Shown here piece by piece: positions 43,435 to 54,554 of a DNA stretch of 64,000 bases. The stretch is from a virus (lineage: Duplodnaviria > Heunggongvirae > Uroviricota > Caudoviricetes). Location of the stretch: IMG/VR virus record IMGVR_UViG_3300050821_006962, positions 27,133-91,132 of that record. The stretch is one strand, 5' to 3'. The translations under genes were made by a program, and so were the position numbers. The notes below the pieces were generated by a model. That model had not been told where the DNA came from. It did no database searches and worked only from the letters and a program-made list of their open reading frames with translations. How positions within the stretch are numbered: the first letter of the stretch is position 1; the number at the start of each line of letters is the position of its first letter.

Positions 43435-43628
43435 AAGTTAAGAAACAGAAGGAACCAAAGCCGATTACGATTGGCTCGGTAGTTCAACTGAAAAGTGGCG
43501 GACCCTTTATGACTGTAGTCGCTGCCGTCTCCACATCGCAAGTTATCTTGACAGTGCTGTGGGCTGGCAACGATGGCCGCATTCAGAAGGCCGACATCGC
43601 CATCCAAGCGCTGCGACTGGTGAAGTGA
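43431..43628 (+). CDS. small hypothetical protein
   Basis: ORF track. Confidence 0.4.
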   Translation: MKVKKQKEPKPITIGSVVQLKSGGPFMTVVAAVSTSQVILTVLWAGNDGRIQKADIAIQALRLVK

Positions 43629-44593
43629 TGGACCTCATACTTTATCACAATGCGTGTCCGGACGGCTGGTGCGCCGCCTACATCTGCAAGCTCAAATATC
43701 CAGAAGCGCAACTGATTCCGCTTAATCACGGACTAGGCGAAGAGGCACTTGATAGTCTCTTCGAAGGTTGCCGCAATAAAGATGTTATCATGGTCGACTA
43801 TTCGCTCCGCACCCGAGAGTTGAACGAGCGGCTGAATTCGGTCGCAAAGTCGTTCCGTATCCTCGACCACCACAAGACCGCGCAAGCCGCGCTGGCTGGC
43901 GCATCGTATGCGACCTTCGACATGAAGCGTTCTGGCGCGGGCCTCGCGTGGGATTATCTCTTCGGAAAAGATTCCCCGGAGATGGCTGATGCCACAGATT
44001 CAGTGAAGGAATATCGTCCGTGGTGGGTCGATTACACAGAAGACCAAGACCTTTGGAACTGGACGCTCGAAGACAGTCAAGAAATCAATGCATACTTAAT
44101 GGTTCAGCCTCGCACCGTTGAAGTATGGAATGAAATTGCAAAAGACCCGGGCGGCAAAGCATCGGCCAGAGCAAAAGGTGTTGGTGTTCGTCAGTACATC
44201 GAATACTACACCCGCTCCGTGGTCGCGGAAGTGCAAGAAGGGCTGTTCGCGTTCTCTTGCGTAAATGATTTCAAGCAGCTTCGCATCGCGGTTCTCAACA
44301 TTCCGTACGCCGGGGTGAGTGAAGCAGGCAACGCGCTCTGCAAAGCGGGCTACCCGGTCGCGCTGCTCTGGTTCGAGCGCGGCGACGGTATGACCACGTT
44401 CTCGCTTCGCGGCGACGGCTCCGTGGATGTGAGTGCAATCGCTAAGTCGTTCGGCGGCGGAGGCCACAACAACGCGGCAGGCTTTCAGCTCAGCGTTGAC
44501 GCAGGTCGAGAACTGGTGGATAGAATCCTTGGACGAGCAAACGCAAAGGCATTTTCCGAAGCTTTAGTAAGCCCGGGAGGCTGCATCAAGTGA
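43628..44593 (+). CDS. DHH-family phosphoesterase (RecJ/NrnA-like)
   Basis: DHH motif RILDHHKT; GGGH-like distal motif. Confidence 0.5.
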   Translation: MDLILYHNACPDGWCAAYICKLKYPEAQLIPLNHGLGEEALDSLFEGCRNKDVIMVDYSLRTRELNERLNSVAKSFRILDHHKTAQAALAGASYATFDMKRSGAGLAWDYLFGKDSPEMADATDSVKEYRPWWVDYTEDQDLWNWTLEDSQEINAYLMVQPRTVEVWNEIAKDPGGKASARAKGVGVRQYIEYYTRSVVAEVQEGLFAFSCVNDFKQLRIAVLNIPYAGVSEAGNALCKAGYPVALLWFERGDGMTTFSLRGDGSVDVSAIAKSFGGGGHNNAAGFQLSVDAGRELVDRILGRANAKAFSEALVSPGGCIK

Positions 44594-45303
44594 GTCAATT
44601 ACTGATTGCTGTTAAAAGTTGCAGAGCTGACCTCGACCGAGGCTGTCACAACGTGATTCGCGCCACGTGGGGCCAGCAGTTCCGTGGGCGCGCCATCGTG
44701 CGGTTCTTCGTGGGTCACACCGCCGACAAATACTTTATGGCGCATCCGGGCGCAAAGGCTCGCACGCTACAAAGCGACGAGGTTGAGATAGACGCGGCGG
44801 ACGACTACGACTCGCTGCCGCACAAGACTCGCGCCATCTGTCACTGGGCGACCGGGAAGAACATCGAGAATATCTTTCTCTGCGACAACGACACGTACGT
44901 TTACCCGCAAAAGTTGTTGACGTGCGGATATAACCGCTACGATTACGCGGGCAAGATTAGCAAGCCGCTCGGGGAGACGTTTGCTTATGATGCGGTCGAC
45001 CGGAGAGGCGTGACCACCCACATGGAGAACTGCTACCCGTGGGCCAGCGGCGGATACGGCTACTTCCTTTCTCGCGATGCCGCATTTTTGATTGCCGATT
45101 CGTATCCGAAGGGCTGGGCGGAAGACCTCTGGGTCGGCCAAGTTCTCGGAAAGGAAATTGCACAAGGCAGCATGCACGGCCTCGACCTGCCAGCGGGCAG
45201 CTATTCGCGGCACTTCCCGGCGCACCAGTACGGACAAGGCTACAGCCCAGAGCTAAAGTGGATGGAGCTGATGCACGCGGCCAATCAGGTGGTGAACGGA
45301 TGA
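44590..45303 (+). CDS. DxD-motif glycosyltransferase (GT31 or Fringe-like)
   Basis: LCDNDTYV. Confidence 0.45.
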   Translation: MSQLLIAVKSCRADLDRGCHNVIRATWGQQFRGRAIVRFFVGHTADKYFMAHPGAKARTLQSDEVEIDAADDYDSLPHKTRAICHWATGKNIENIFLCDNDTYVYPQKLLTCGYNRYDYAGKISKPLGETFAYDAVDRRGVTTHMENCYPWASGGYGYFLSRDAAFLIADSYPKGWAEDLWVGQVLGKEIAQGSMHGLDLPAGSYSRHFPAHQYGQGYSPELKWMELMHAANQVVNG

Positions 45304-45995
45304 AGACCGCGCTACTAGTTATCGCAACGGGCGAGAAGTATCACCAGTATGTGAACCCGCTGCTCGAATCGGCCCGTGAGTTCTTCGTGGAGCACGATGC
45401 GTGGGTGTGGACCGACAGCCTCGCGGCAGCAAGCCAAATCGACGCGAAGTTCGTGCTGACGAAAGAGCCACTCGGGTATCCTAACGAGACTCTTTATAGA
45501 TATCACACTATTTTGCAGCAGCGCTCGCTTCTAGCAAAATATGACTACCTGTTCTATCTCGATGTGGACATGCGGCTGGTCGCGCCTGTGGGCAAGGAAA
45601 TTTTTTCTAACAATATCACGGCCTGCCTTCACCCCGGCTACGTAAACGAGGTCGGCAGTCCGGAGCGTAGACCGGAATCGATGGCCGCAATTTCGTACAA
45701 CGCAAAGAACAAATATTTTTGCGGCGGCTTCAACGGTGGATTTTCCGGCGCGTTCCTCGGAATGGCAGCGGAGCTGGCGTGGTGCATCGACAAAGATACG
45801 GAGAAAGGCGTCTTGGCTGTCTGGCACGACGAAAGCCATCTGAATCGGTACCTGTACGACCATCCACCTTCAAAGATTCTGGACCCGAGTTACTGCTACC
45901 CGGAGGGCGCGGGCGACCACTATCTGAACAAGTGGCGCGCGGCGGGCATCAACCCAACGCCGAAGATTCTGGCGCTTACGAAGGCAGGGCGATGA
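45300..45995 (+). CDS. DxD-motif glycosyltransferase
   Basis: YLDVDMRLV; ATGA-coupled. Confidence 0.45.
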   Translation: MKTALLVIATGEKYHQYVNPLLESAREFFVEHDAWVWTDSLAAASQIDAKFVLTKEPLGYPNETLYRYHTILQQRSLLAKYDYLFYLDVDMRLVAPVGKEIFSNNITACLHPGYVNEVGSPERRPESMAAISYNAKNKYFCGGFNGGFSGAFLGMAAELAWCIDKDTEKGVLAVWHDESHLNRYLYDHPPSKILDPSYCYPEGAGDHYLNKWRAAGINPTPKILALTKAGR

Positions 45996-46657
45996 AGGTT
46001 AGTATCGTAATTCCGTGCTACAATATGCGCGTGTACGTCGGCGAGGCGATTCAGTCCGCGCTGGCGCAGTCGTACCGGGACTTCGAGGTCGTGGTGGTGG
46101 ATGATGGGTCTACCGACGGCTCTCTCGGCGAAATCGAGAACTATCCGGTTAAGATTGTCAACAAGCAGAACGGCGGGCTGGCATCTGCCCGCAACGCAGG
46201 CATCGGGTTTTCCACGGGTGAGCTGATTCTGCCACTGGACGCCGACGACAAGATTGACCCGCACTATCTGATGAAGACGGTGCCGCTGATGTCAAGCGCG
46301 GTCGGTGTGGTCTCGACAGACATGCAGTACTTCGGAACACACACAGACCGACTGCGCCCGACGCACACGACGTTGCAGCAGGTTGTTCAGTACAACGGAA
46401 TGCCTGTATGCTCTCTGATTCGCAAGAAGGCGATTCTGGAAGCAGGCGGCTACAAAAGCATCATGAACGAGGGCTGCGAGGACTGGGAGCTGTGGGTCTC
46501 GATATTGAAGCGCGGCTGGAAGGTCGCGGTCGTGAACGAGCCGCTGTTCTTCTACCGTCGCAAGCCCGTCTCGATGGTCTCGACGATGAACCGAGGAAGG
46601 ATGATTGAAGTGATGAAGACCTTGCACCCAGAACTGAATTGGAGCGGAGTGAGATGA
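45992..46657 (+). CDS. glycosyltransferase family 2
   Basis: IVIPCYN...DDGSTD...DADD. Confidence 0.6.
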   Translation: MKVSIVIPCYNMRVYVGEAIQSALAQSYRDFEVVVVDDGSTDGSLGEIENYPVKIVNKQNGGLASARNAGIGFSTGELILPLDADDKIDPHYLMKTVPLMSSAVGVVSTDMQYFGTHTDRLRPTHTTLQQVVQYNGMPVCSLIRKKAILEAGGYKSIMNEGCEDWELWVSILKRGWKVAVVNEPLFFYRRKPVSMVSTMNRGRMIEVMKTLHPELNWSGVR

Positions 46658-47427
46658 TTACCATACAACTGCTAGGCGGACACGGCAACCAGCTATTCCA
46701 GTGGGCCTTCGGAATGGCGCAGGCGAAGCGGCTCGGCGTGAAGCTACAGCTGAACACGAGCAAGCTCGGCGGCAACCGTCCGTACACGTTGAACCAGTGG
46801 ACGGCGGAGAAGTCGGACGTGCCTTATCAGGTTGAGCCGACCGTGCGGGAGCAAGGCATGCCGTACAACCCGGCGCTCGCGAACAGCATCAAGAACGGCG
46901 ACGTGATTCAAGGCTACTGGCAGACCGAGAAATATTTCCAAGGCATCGAGCAAGAGCTTCTGGCCCTCCGTCCCCGAGTCACCAGCAATGCACTGTTGGA
47001 GAACATCTTCAACACTATGCAGCCTGTCGCGGTTCATGTTCGCCGAGGCGACTACACGAGAGAGCCGCACGCAAGCTTCCACGGTAATCTTGGACTGGAT
47101 TATTACAACAACGCTTTCAATTACATCATCGAGCGAATTCCGCGTCCGACGTTTTTTATATTCAGCGACGACCCGCAGTGGTGTCGGGAGCACTTTACTA
47201 GCGAGGGTCGCCGTTCGGTTGTAATTGTTGAGCCAACCGAAGAGGCATCAGATATCCAAGCGATGTCTCTCTGCAAGCACAACATCATCGCCAACTCGTC
47301 GTTCAGCTGGTGGGGCGCGTACCTCGGAAAGAGAGGGGACCGCGTGGTTGTGGCACCGAAGAATTGGTTTCAATCGAAGGACGAAGACTCTCGGGACATC
47401 GTCCCGGAAAGATGGGTGAGGATATGA
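46654..47427 (+). CDS. alpha-1,2-fucosyltransferase-like (GT11)
   Basis: GGHGNQLFQWAFG, compared with GT11 motif I GGLGNQMFQYA. Confidence 0.5.
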   Translation: MITIQLLGGHGNQLFQWAFGMAQAKRLGVKLQLNTSKLGGNRPYTLNQWTAEKSDVPYQVEPTVREQGMPYNPALANSIKNGDVIQGYWQTEKYFQGIEQELLALRPRVTSNALLENIFNTMQPVAVHVRRGDYTREPHASFHGNLGLDYYNNAFNYIIERIPRPTFFIFSDDPQWCREHFTSEGRRSVVIVEPTEEASDIQAMSLCKHNIIANSSFSWWGAYLGKRGDRVVVAPKNWFQSKDEDSRDIVPERWVRI

Positions 47428-48377
47428 TTGATTTGAACACGTGCAACTTTGTTGTGTACGGCTTCCGCAACAGCTACAACACGTTCGGCCACATTCAGGA
47501 AGCGTGGTACCGCGCGCTGCAATACAAGTTCCCCGACCGGAAGGTCAGCTGGGTCGACGAGATGAACGTGGAAGACGCGGACTTCTCAAACGCTGTGGTG
47601 ATGACCGTCAACGTGGCGAACTTGGTGAAGATGCCGAAGCGCAAGGACGCCTTTTACATCATCCACAATCTGGACGAGACCACCAAGGCAGCCTTCGGCG
47701 GCGACCTGCGTCAGTACTCAGTGATGAACTACGGCATGTACACGAGCACGACCAAGCTGGGACAGGATGACATCGAGGTCGGTTTCGAGACCTATCTGTC
47801 TCTGCAAGGTCACGAGGCGTACACCACCACGATACTCCGCTGGGGCACCGACCTGTTCCCTCACGAGATTGAGGCCAACAAGCCGACCCAAGTTTTTGAC
47901 GAGAGCAAGACAGACGTTAATTTCGTAGGCACGATTTATCACAACGTCCACGACCCGTTCGCGAAGGCCTGCCGGGAGAACGGAATCAAGTTCAACGCTA
48001 TCGGCGGCTTCACGGGCACCGCGCCCGTATCCATCGCGGAGAACGTCCGGCTGGTGCGCGAGTCCTACATGGCTCCTGCTATAGGCGACGTTTACCACGC
48101 GAAGGTCGGTTACATCCCGTGCCGCACCTACAAGAACATTTCGTACGGTCGTTTGCCGCTGACCAACAATAGATACGCGCAGGAGTTCTTCAAAGGTCGG
48201 CTCATCTTCAACGAGGATACATATCAGCTCTTTTACGACGCGAAGAAGGCTTTGCGCGAATACAAGCTCGCGGACCTTCACCAGCTGATGGACGAGGTCG
48301 CGGCCAACCACACGTATCTCACCAAAGTGGACAGTCTGCTGAAAGCGGTCAAACTGACGCAGGAGGCACGCGGATGA
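47424..48377 (+). CDS. hypothetical protein, possible GT-B glycosyltransferase
   Basis: Position in the cluster; weak pattern similarity to T4 beta-glucosyltransferase (DVNFVGTIY...FNAIGGF). Confidence 0.3.
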   Translation: MIDLNTCNFVVYGFRNSYNTFGHIQEAWYRALQYKFPDRKVSWVDEMNVEDADFSNAVVMTVNVANLVKMPKRKDAFYIIHNLDETTKAAFGGDLRQYSVMNYGMYTSTTKLGQDDIEVGFETYLSLQGHEAYTTTILRWGTDLFPHEIEANKPTQVFDESKTDVNFVGTIYHNVHDPFAKACRENGIKFNAIGGFTGTAPVSIAENVRLVRESYMAPAIGDVYHAKVGYIPCRTYKNISYGRLPLTNNRYAQEFFKGRLIFNEDTYQLFYDAKKALREYKLADLHQLMDEVAANHTYLTKVDSLLKAVKLTQEARG

Positions 48378-49213
48378 AGATTCTAGTCCTCGGCTCCGGG
48401 GGTATGCTCGGGCACAAGATGCTCGAACGCTTAAAGCTTCATCATCCCTACGTAGAAGGGGTGTCGAGAAAGAATTTCAAAACCGCAACCAAGGCAAACT
48501 TTGATGCCACTGACAGTGGTAAAGTGATGCAAGTTTTCAACTACTATAAACCGGACGTGGTTGTGAACTGTCTCGGGGTCATCAAGCAAAGAACATCACA
48601 AGGTATGCAGAGCGTGAACGCGCTTCTCCCGCATTTTTTAAGCCGCCAATGTGAGGAGCGGGGCGCATACCTGATTCATTTCAGCAGCGACTGCGTGTTC
48701 TCCGGAAAGAAGGGGATGTACACGGAGAAGGATGCGCCGGACGCCGAAGACCTGTACGGTCTCACGAAAGCGGTGGGAGAAATTACTGATTCGAAGAACA
48801 CGCTGACGCTCCGCACATCAATCGTCGGGCGCGAGCGAGCGAATTATCTGGGTCTGCTCGAATGGTTCCTTCGACAAACGGGCGAAATTCAAGGTCATGA
48901 GAATGCCATCTTCTCAGGAGTCACAACCGAGTGGCTGTCAAGTCTAGTCGCGGAGCTGATATATTGGCCCAAGAGGCTTTCAGGATTGTACAATGTCGCG
49001 ACCGAGCCAGTTTCAAAGTTCGAGCTGCTTAAAATTTTCCAAAGGACTTATAATAAGCAGGGTGTTACTATCATCCCGGTTTCGGAACCGCGATGTGACC
49101 GAAGCCTAGACCCAACAAAGTTTAAACACGATACACTGATATCGATTCCGAGCATTGAGCACATGGTCGAAGGTCAGCGAAATTTGGACAAAGGGAGCGG
49201 ATATGCTATTTGA
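48374..49213 (+). CDS. dTDP-4-dehydrorhamnose reductase (RmlD)-like NAD(P) sugar reductase
   Basis: MKILVLGSGGMLG Rossmann N-terminus; RmlD-like length. Confidence 0.5.
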   Translation: MKILVLGSGGMLGHKMLERLKLHHPYVEGVSRKNFKTATKANFDATDSGKVMQVFNYYKPDVVVNCLGVIKQRTSQGMQSVNALLPHFLSRQCEERGAYLIHFSSDCVFSGKKGMYTEKDAPDAEDLYGLTKAVGEITDSKNTLTLRTSIVGRERANYLGLLEWFLRQTGEIQGHENAIFSGVTTEWLSSLVAELIYWPKRLSGLYNVATEPVSKFELLKIFQRTYNKQGVTIIPVSEPRCDRSLDPTKFKHDTLISIPSIEHMVEGQRNLDKGSGYAI

Positions 49214-50201
49214 CGGAAAGAACATCTTAATCACGGGTGGCACAGGCTCTCTCGGCAGCACGCTGGTGCGTCGACTCCTGTCTGGCGAGAAGGGCACGCC
49301 CGCGAACATCCTTATCCTCTCTCGCGACGAGGCCAAGCAATCGGATTTGAAACAGAAGTTGGATAACAAATCTGAGACCAAGGTTCATTTTCAGATTGGC
49401 GACGTCCGCAACCTCGCCTCCGTCGAGACCGCGATAAAGGGTATGCACATCGTATTCAATGCCGCCGCGTTGAAGCAGGTTCCCTCCTGCGAGTATTTTC
49501 CTTACGAGGCAGTCCAGACCAATATCATCGGAGCAGAGAACATCGTCCGCGCCATCGAGCAGCAGACGACGCGCCCGTTCCCCGTCCAGACAGTAGTCGG
49601 CATTTCTACAGACAAGGCCTGTAAGCCCGTGAACGTGATGGGCATGACAAAGGCGATACAGGAGCGCATCTTCCTCGGAGCGGCGGAACGCTGTCCGATG
49701 ACAAATTTTGTGTGCGTGCGGTACGGTAATGTGCTGGCCTCGCGCGGCTCCGTGATTCCGCTCTTCAAAGAGCAGATTAAGCGCGGCGGGCCTGTAACGG
49801 TCACCACGAATGAGATGACTCGATTTTTGCTGACCTTGGACCAAGCCGTAGACACGGTCTTCGCAGCGGTCGAGGGCGGGCAAAATGGGGAGACCTACAT
49901 CCCACTTATTCCATCGGCGCGCGTGATGGATGTGGCCCACCAGCTCATCGGATGCCGCGATATCAAAATCAAAGAGACTGGCATCCGCCCGGGAGAGAAG
50001 ATTCACGAAATTCTTGTCAGCGAAGAAGAGGTTTCGAGAACCATTCATCGTGGTAGCTACTACGTAATTAAATCGGTGCTTGAAAAACAATCCGGCTATC
50101 AGGCTAGAATGGATGAATTCAGCTCTAAGGACGTCGTAATGGGTTACGACGCCTTGGAAGACTTGCTATGGACCAACGGCTTTATGGAGAGTCATGCTTA
50201 A
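49203..50201 (+). CDS. UDP-sugar 4,6-dehydratase (CapD/PseB/FlaA1-like)
   Basis: ILITGGTGSLG ... typical polysaccharide-biosynthesis CapD family. Confidence 0.55.
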   Translation: MLFDGKNILITGGTGSLGSTLVRRLLSGEKGTPANILILSRDEAKQSDLKQKLDNKSETKVHFQIGDVRNLASVETAIKGMHIVFNAAALKQVPSCEYFPYEAVQTNIIGAENIVRAIEQQTTRPFPVQTVVGISTDKACKPVNVMGMTKAIQERIFLGAAERCPMTNFVCVRYGNVLASRGSVIPLFKEQIKRGGPVTVTTNEMTRFLLTLDQAVDTVFAAVEGGQNGETYIPLIPSARVMDVAHQLIGCRDIKIKETGIRPGEKIHEILVSEEEVSRTIHRGSYYVIKSVLEKQSGYQARMDEFSSKDVVMGYDALEDLLWTNGFMESHA

Positions 50202-50988
50202 AATATTCAGCTTTGGTTCCAATCGTCCGGACTTCATCGGTCTGCAACTGCGCTCGTTCCAGCGCCATCTGAAAGAGGACTTCGAGTTCGTAGTCTTCAA
50301 CAATGCGACCTACGACAACGGTGCGGGCGGAAACTACAACGGCCTCCACGAGCAGGCCAAGGCGCTCGGCATCCGGATGATTGATGTCGTGAAGGACCCC
50401 GGATTGGCGGAGCGCTGCCAGAAGATTGAGCTGAGCTGCCCGCTGTTTAATCCTCAAGGCTTGTATTCGAACGCCAACGTGGCGCACGCGTACGCGCTCT
50501 GCTGGGCGTGGGAGAACCACATCTCGAAAGAGCGCCAGCCGATTGCCATCTTCGACTCGGATGTCTTTCTGGTTGAGCCAGTGAGCCTGACCGAGATGAT
50601 GCTCCCTCACGTGATGCTCAACGTCCCGGACGGCAAGACTCACCAGCAAGACGGGCGCGTCTTCCGCTACATGTGGCCGACGTTCGTCGTGATGGATATG
50701 GCGCGGCTGCCGGACCCGGAAACCATGAACTGGTGGTGCGGCAGGGTGGAGAACACGCCCGTCGACGTGGGCGGGCAGACCTATCACTACTTCCAAGCGC
50801 ACCCGGACTTGGATGTTATTTCGGCTCGGAAGCTTCACCACACCGAGTTCAGCACCGATGAATTCTACTTGACAAAGGGCGACCAGTGTGCTACAGTACT
50901 ACACTACCGCTCCGGCAGCAACTGGGACCACCGCAGCCGAGAGTTCCACCAACAGAAAACCGAATGGCTGAAAGCGAGGATTGGATGA
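50194..50988 (+). CDS. hypothetical protein (possible glycosyltransferase, FDSDVF)
   Basis: ORF track. Confidence 0.35.
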   Translation: MLKIFSFGSNRPDFIGLQLRSFQRHLKEDFEFVVFNNATYDNGAGGNYNGLHEQAKALGIRMIDVVKDPGLAERCQKIELSCPLFNPQGLYSNANVAHAYALCWAWENHISKERQPIAIFDSDVFLVEPVSLTEMMLPHVMLNVPDGKTHQQDGRVFRYMWPTFVVMDMARLPDPETMNWWCGRVENTPVDVGGQTYHYFQAHPDLDVISARKLHHTEFSTDEFYLTKGDQCATVLHYRSGSNWDHRSREFHQQKTEWLKARIG

Positions 50989-51623
50989 GCGAAAAGATGT
51001 CCTTTGAAAACGCCCCCGGCTGCCACAGTGGGTCTCGGCTGGACGAGTTTTGCGCCATCATGCTTAACTTCAAGCACGGCGGCACCTACGTCGACATCGG
51101 CTCGGCGCATTCCAAGTTCCACAATAACTCGCACTTCCTCGACACGAAGCTCGGGTGGACCGGGTTATGCATCGAACTCGATAGTCAGTACAACAGCAGC
51201 TACACCGACCGGATAGGCTGCACGTATGTCAACGGTGATGCGACAAAGCTGGACTACGCCGAAGCGTTCAAGATGCTGGGAATGCCGAGGTCGATAGATT
51301 TCTTATCTCTCGATGTGGACGTGCTGGATTTGGAAGTCGCCAAGCTGGTGCTCAACACCGACTATCGCTTCAAGGTCATCGGCATCGAGCACGACGCGTA
51401 TCAGCACGGCGACCTGTATCGCGCGCCTCAAAGAGAATTTCTTTTGAGCAAGGGGTACGCGTTGGTTTGCTCCGACGTCTTTGTGCGCCATCCGGATTTC
51501 ATAAACTGCCCGTTCGAAGACTGGTACTTGGACCCGCAGCAGTTCGACAGCGACGTGATAGCGAAGGTGGAAAGCGATGCGTGCTATCCGGAAGATATTA
51601 TAGCGAGGCTAAATGGCCGTTAA
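50985..51623 (+). CDS. FkbM-family SAM-dependent methyltransferase
   Basis: GGTYVDIGSAHS. Confidence 0.5.
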   Translation: MSEKMSFENAPGCHSGSRLDEFCAIMLNFKHGGTYVDIGSAHSKFHNNSHFLDTKLGWTGLCIELDSQYNSSYTDRIGCTYVNGDATKLDYAEAFKMLGMPRSIDFLSLDVDVLDLEVAKLVLNTDYRFKVIGIEHDAYQHGDLYRAPQREFLLSKGYALVCSDVFVRHPDFINCPFEDWYLDPQQFDSDVIAKVESDACYPEDIIARLNGR

Positions 51624-52149
51624 GAAATCTTGGAGTCAGGTCGGTCAGGACTTATTTGCGCTGGAAAACTCAGGCGGAAATCAGACGTTCTTGGATATCG
51701 GGTGCATGGAGCCGTTCAGAGATAACAACACTTACATTTTAGACCGCGCAGGCTGGAAGGGTCTAGCGGTCGATTTTGAAAATTTGTTCATATCGACTTG
51801 GAATCAGTACCGAGCATGCCCCGCTATTTGTGCGAACGCGCTGAACGTTGATTGGCGTCACGAGCTTACGTCGCGCGGCTTACCGCTCGAAATTGGCTAC
51901 CTGTCTTTGGATTTATACGGCGAGGAGCTGGACGTGTTACACAATCTTGTGGCGGCGGGCGTTTCATTTCGCTGCGCCACTGTGGAGCACGACAGCATGG
52001 GCATCAAACTGGACCGCCGAGACGCGATTCGAGAGTTCATGCTTTCGCAGGGATACACGCTCGCGGTACCGGACGTGCTATCTCCGTCTTGCGTTATAAA
52101 TGAAGTAGAAGTAGGCAAGAGACCTTTTGAGGATTGGTGGACACGATGA
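51613..52149 (+). CDS. FkbM-family methyltransferase (second copy)
   Basis: GQDLF...FLDIGC. Confidence 0.5.
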   Translation: MAVKKSWSQVGQDLFALENSGGNQTFLDIGCMEPFRDNNTYILDRAGWKGLAVDFENLFISTWNQYRACPAICANALNVDWRHELTSRGLPLEIGYLSLDLYGEELDVLHNLVAAGVSFRCATVEHDSMGIKLDRRDAIREFMLSQGYTLAVPDVLSPSCVINEVEVGKRPFEDWWTR

Positions 52150-53132
52150 GCGGAAAAATAGGAATTTTTCTACCGGGGCTGAACGGCGACATTATGAGCG
52201 CGATGTCGGTGCTCAAATACAAAGACACGCTGTGGCCCGGGAAGGAAGTGGTTTGGTTCTGCGGAGAGCGATTCCGCGAGGTGTTGAACCACAACGATGC
52301 GATAGCCGAAGTTCGGCACTGGCCGGAAGGCTGGAAGCTGCCAGAGCGCTGCGTGTTGGAGAATCAGAGGATAGCCTCGGGCGAGTCCAAAGATTTGCCG
52401 TGGGCCGACTTTAGCATCTTGCTGGACAGCGAGAACCGTCTAAATGCCCGCAAGCATGAGTTTGAATCGACCAAAGATTTGGACGAAGGTTTCTTTCCCA
52501 CGCCTTGGATGATGAGTCTCGAACAGCGGCACGGGATTGATTATCCTAACATATCGCGAAAGGTGTTCCGCGCCGACTCGTCGTGGGAGTGGCACCCGTA
52601 TCTCGGATTTCTGGATGAGGAGCGCGAGGCGGTGAGAGCGTTCGCCGCTACGTTCCCGCACCCGAAGACGGTGATGCTGGAGACCAATTTCACGTCCGGC
52701 AAATCGCACTGGGACGATGACCTGACCCGGCAGACGATGGCGCTGTGCCGCCAGAAGCTCGGCAAGTGCAACTTCATTTTCGCGTGCGCGGGCGATTACT
52801 CACGATTCACCGACGATGCGGGCGTGCTTAACTGCAACAACTTCACGGTGAGACAGACCGCGCTCGTCAACAACTACGCCGATTTGTTCATCGGGATATC
52901 CAGCGGCATTTCGGTAGCGACCAGCTGTTGGGGTAACAAACCTACTCCGAAGCTGCAATACTGCGGCTCGTTCATTATGAGCACGTACTCGCTGGCGAAC
53001 GGGCCGATGGAGCTGGTGGTCGCTGACCCTCCGGGCCAGAACCCGCCGGAGCACGAGCGCCGCTTCCCGCCGAAGGCGAATCACCGCGCGGAGTACATAA
53101 GCAGACTGACCAGCATGCTGGGGAATCTATGA
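52134..53132 (+). CDS. GT9-like (heptosyltransferase-fold) glycosyltransferase
   Basis: C-terminal LFIGISSGISVATSC, compared with the GT9 motif DSGxxHLA. Confidence 0.4.
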   Translation: MVDTMSGKIGIFLPGLNGDIMSAMSVLKYKDTLWPGKEVVWFCGERFREVLNHNDAIAEVRHWPEGWKLPERCVLENQRIASGESKDLPWADFSILLDSENRLNARKHEFESTKDLDEGFFPTPWMMSLEQRHGIDYPNISRKVFRADSSWEWHPYLGFLDEEREAVRAFAATFPHPKTVMLETNFTSGKSHWDDDLTRQTMALCRQKLGKCNFIFACAGDYSRFTDDAGVLNCNNFTVRQTALVNNYADLFIGISSGISVATSCWGNKPTPKLQYCGSFIMSTYSLANGPMELVVADPPGQNPPEHERRFPPKANHRAEYISRLTSMLGNL

Positions 53133-53362
53133 AGATTACGGTAGGAAACCTGATTGACCAGCTGACCATCGCCAACATCCGAATCTGGATGGCGGAGGAT
53201 ATAAAGAGGAAGCCGGACGCTACCGACAAGCAGATTGCGGATGCGACCCGAGTGACCAACGTCGCCAACCAACAGCGGAACGACCTGATTCAGGCGATAG
53301 ACGAGGAGCTGGGCCAAAAATCCTACAAACAGGGAACGACGAAAATATATGGTAAAGATTAA
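53129..53362 (+). CDS. hypothetical protein
   Basis: ORF track. Confidence 0.4.
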   Translation: MKITVGNLIDQLTIANIRIWMAEDIKRKPDATDKQIADATRVTNVANQQRNDLIQAIDEELGQKSYKQGTTKIYGKD

Positions 53363-54554
53363 CAAGTGCCGAATCTGCGGTAACACGAATCTCCTCTGCG
53401 TACTTGATTTGGGCGAGCAAGTGCTCACAGGCGTATTCCCTAAGACAAGGGACGCCAAGATTACGAAGGGGCCGCTGCGCTTGGTAAAGTGCATCGGCAT
53501 GTGCGGTTTGCTGCAACTGGAACACTCGTACGACTCTTCTGAGATGTACGGAGAGAATTACGGGTATCGTTCCGGTTTGAACCCGAGCATGGTAGCCCAC
53601 CTGCAAGCAAAGGTCGCAAGAATTTTGAAGCAGACCCACCTGCTCCCGGGCGACATCGTCGTAGATATCGGCAGCAACGACGGGACCACGCTGCGAGCTT
53701 ATCCGGCCTTCCTGACTCGTATGGGCTTTGACCCGGCGGGTGCCAAGTTCGCCGAGTATTATCCGGAAGGCGTTCAGCTGGTCTCTGATTTCTTTTCCGC
53801 TGAGCTGCTGAAAAAGTACGGCAGAAGGAAGGTATCCGTTATCACGTCCTTCTCCATGTTCTACGACTTAGAAGACCCTACTCGCTTTATGAGGGATATC
53901 TACGAGGTCTTGGCTGATGATGGGATATGGGTGTTCGAACAAAGCTACATGCCTTCTATGCTGCAAACAGGCTCTTACGATACCGTCTGTCACGAGCATC
54001 TGGAATTCTACGCCTTAAAACAAATCGCGTGGATGGCAGACTTGGTCGGGTTCGTAATTCGTGATGTCGAACTCAATGACGTGAACGGCGGCAGTATTTC
54101 GGTCACTCTTTCCAAATACGGAAAAGAATCCGAGATGGTAAAAATACTTCTTGATAAAGAAGGGGAAGCCGGATATAATTATTTTGAACCCTTCTTATCC
54201 TTCGCAAAAAGAGCGGAGGAATCGAAGCTCGCCTTGCTCGCCTTTTTGCGCGATGCTCAACAGAATAACAAGACGGTGATGGCGCTCGGCGCGTCCACCA
54301 AGGGCAACGTCCTGCTCCAGTACTGCGGGCTGACCGAAAAAGATATCTCTTGCATCGGAGAGGTCAACTGTGATAAGGTAGGTTCTTATACGCCCGGTAC
54401 CGGGATACCAATCGTTTCGGAGGCCGAGGTGCTCGCCGCGAAGCCGGACTTCCTGATTGTCCTGCCGTGGCATTTCAAGAAGTTCTTTTTGGAGAACTGG
54501 AAGTACGCGAACCAAAATTTGATTTTTCCTTTACCTAAATTGGAGACTACATGA
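53349..54554 (+). CDS. C-methyltransferase-type SAM methyltransferase with an N-terminal Zn ribbon
   Basis: CRICGN...C...CGLLQ Zn domain plus [12 protein letters not shown] motif; architecture of sugar C-methyltransferases. Confidence 0.5.
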   Translation: MVKINKCRICGNTNLLCVLDLGEQVLTGVFPKTRDAKITKGPLRLVKCIGMCGLLQLEHSYDSSEMYGENYGYRSGLNPSMVAHLQAKVARILKQTHLLPGDIVVDIGSNDGTTLRAYPAFLTRMGFDPAGAKFAEYYPEGVQLVSDFFSAELLKKYGRRKVSVITSFSMFYDLEDPTRFMRDIYEVLADDGIWVFEQSYMPSMLQTGSYDTVCHEHLEFYALKQIAWMADLVGFVIRDVELNDVNGGSISVTLSKYGKESEMVKILLDKEGEAGYNYFEPFLSFAKRAEESKLALLAFLRDAQQNNKTVMALGASTKGNVLLQYCGLTEKDISCIGEVNCDKVGSYTPGTGIPIVSEAEVLAAKPDFLIVLPWHFKKFFLENWKYANQNLIFPLPKLETT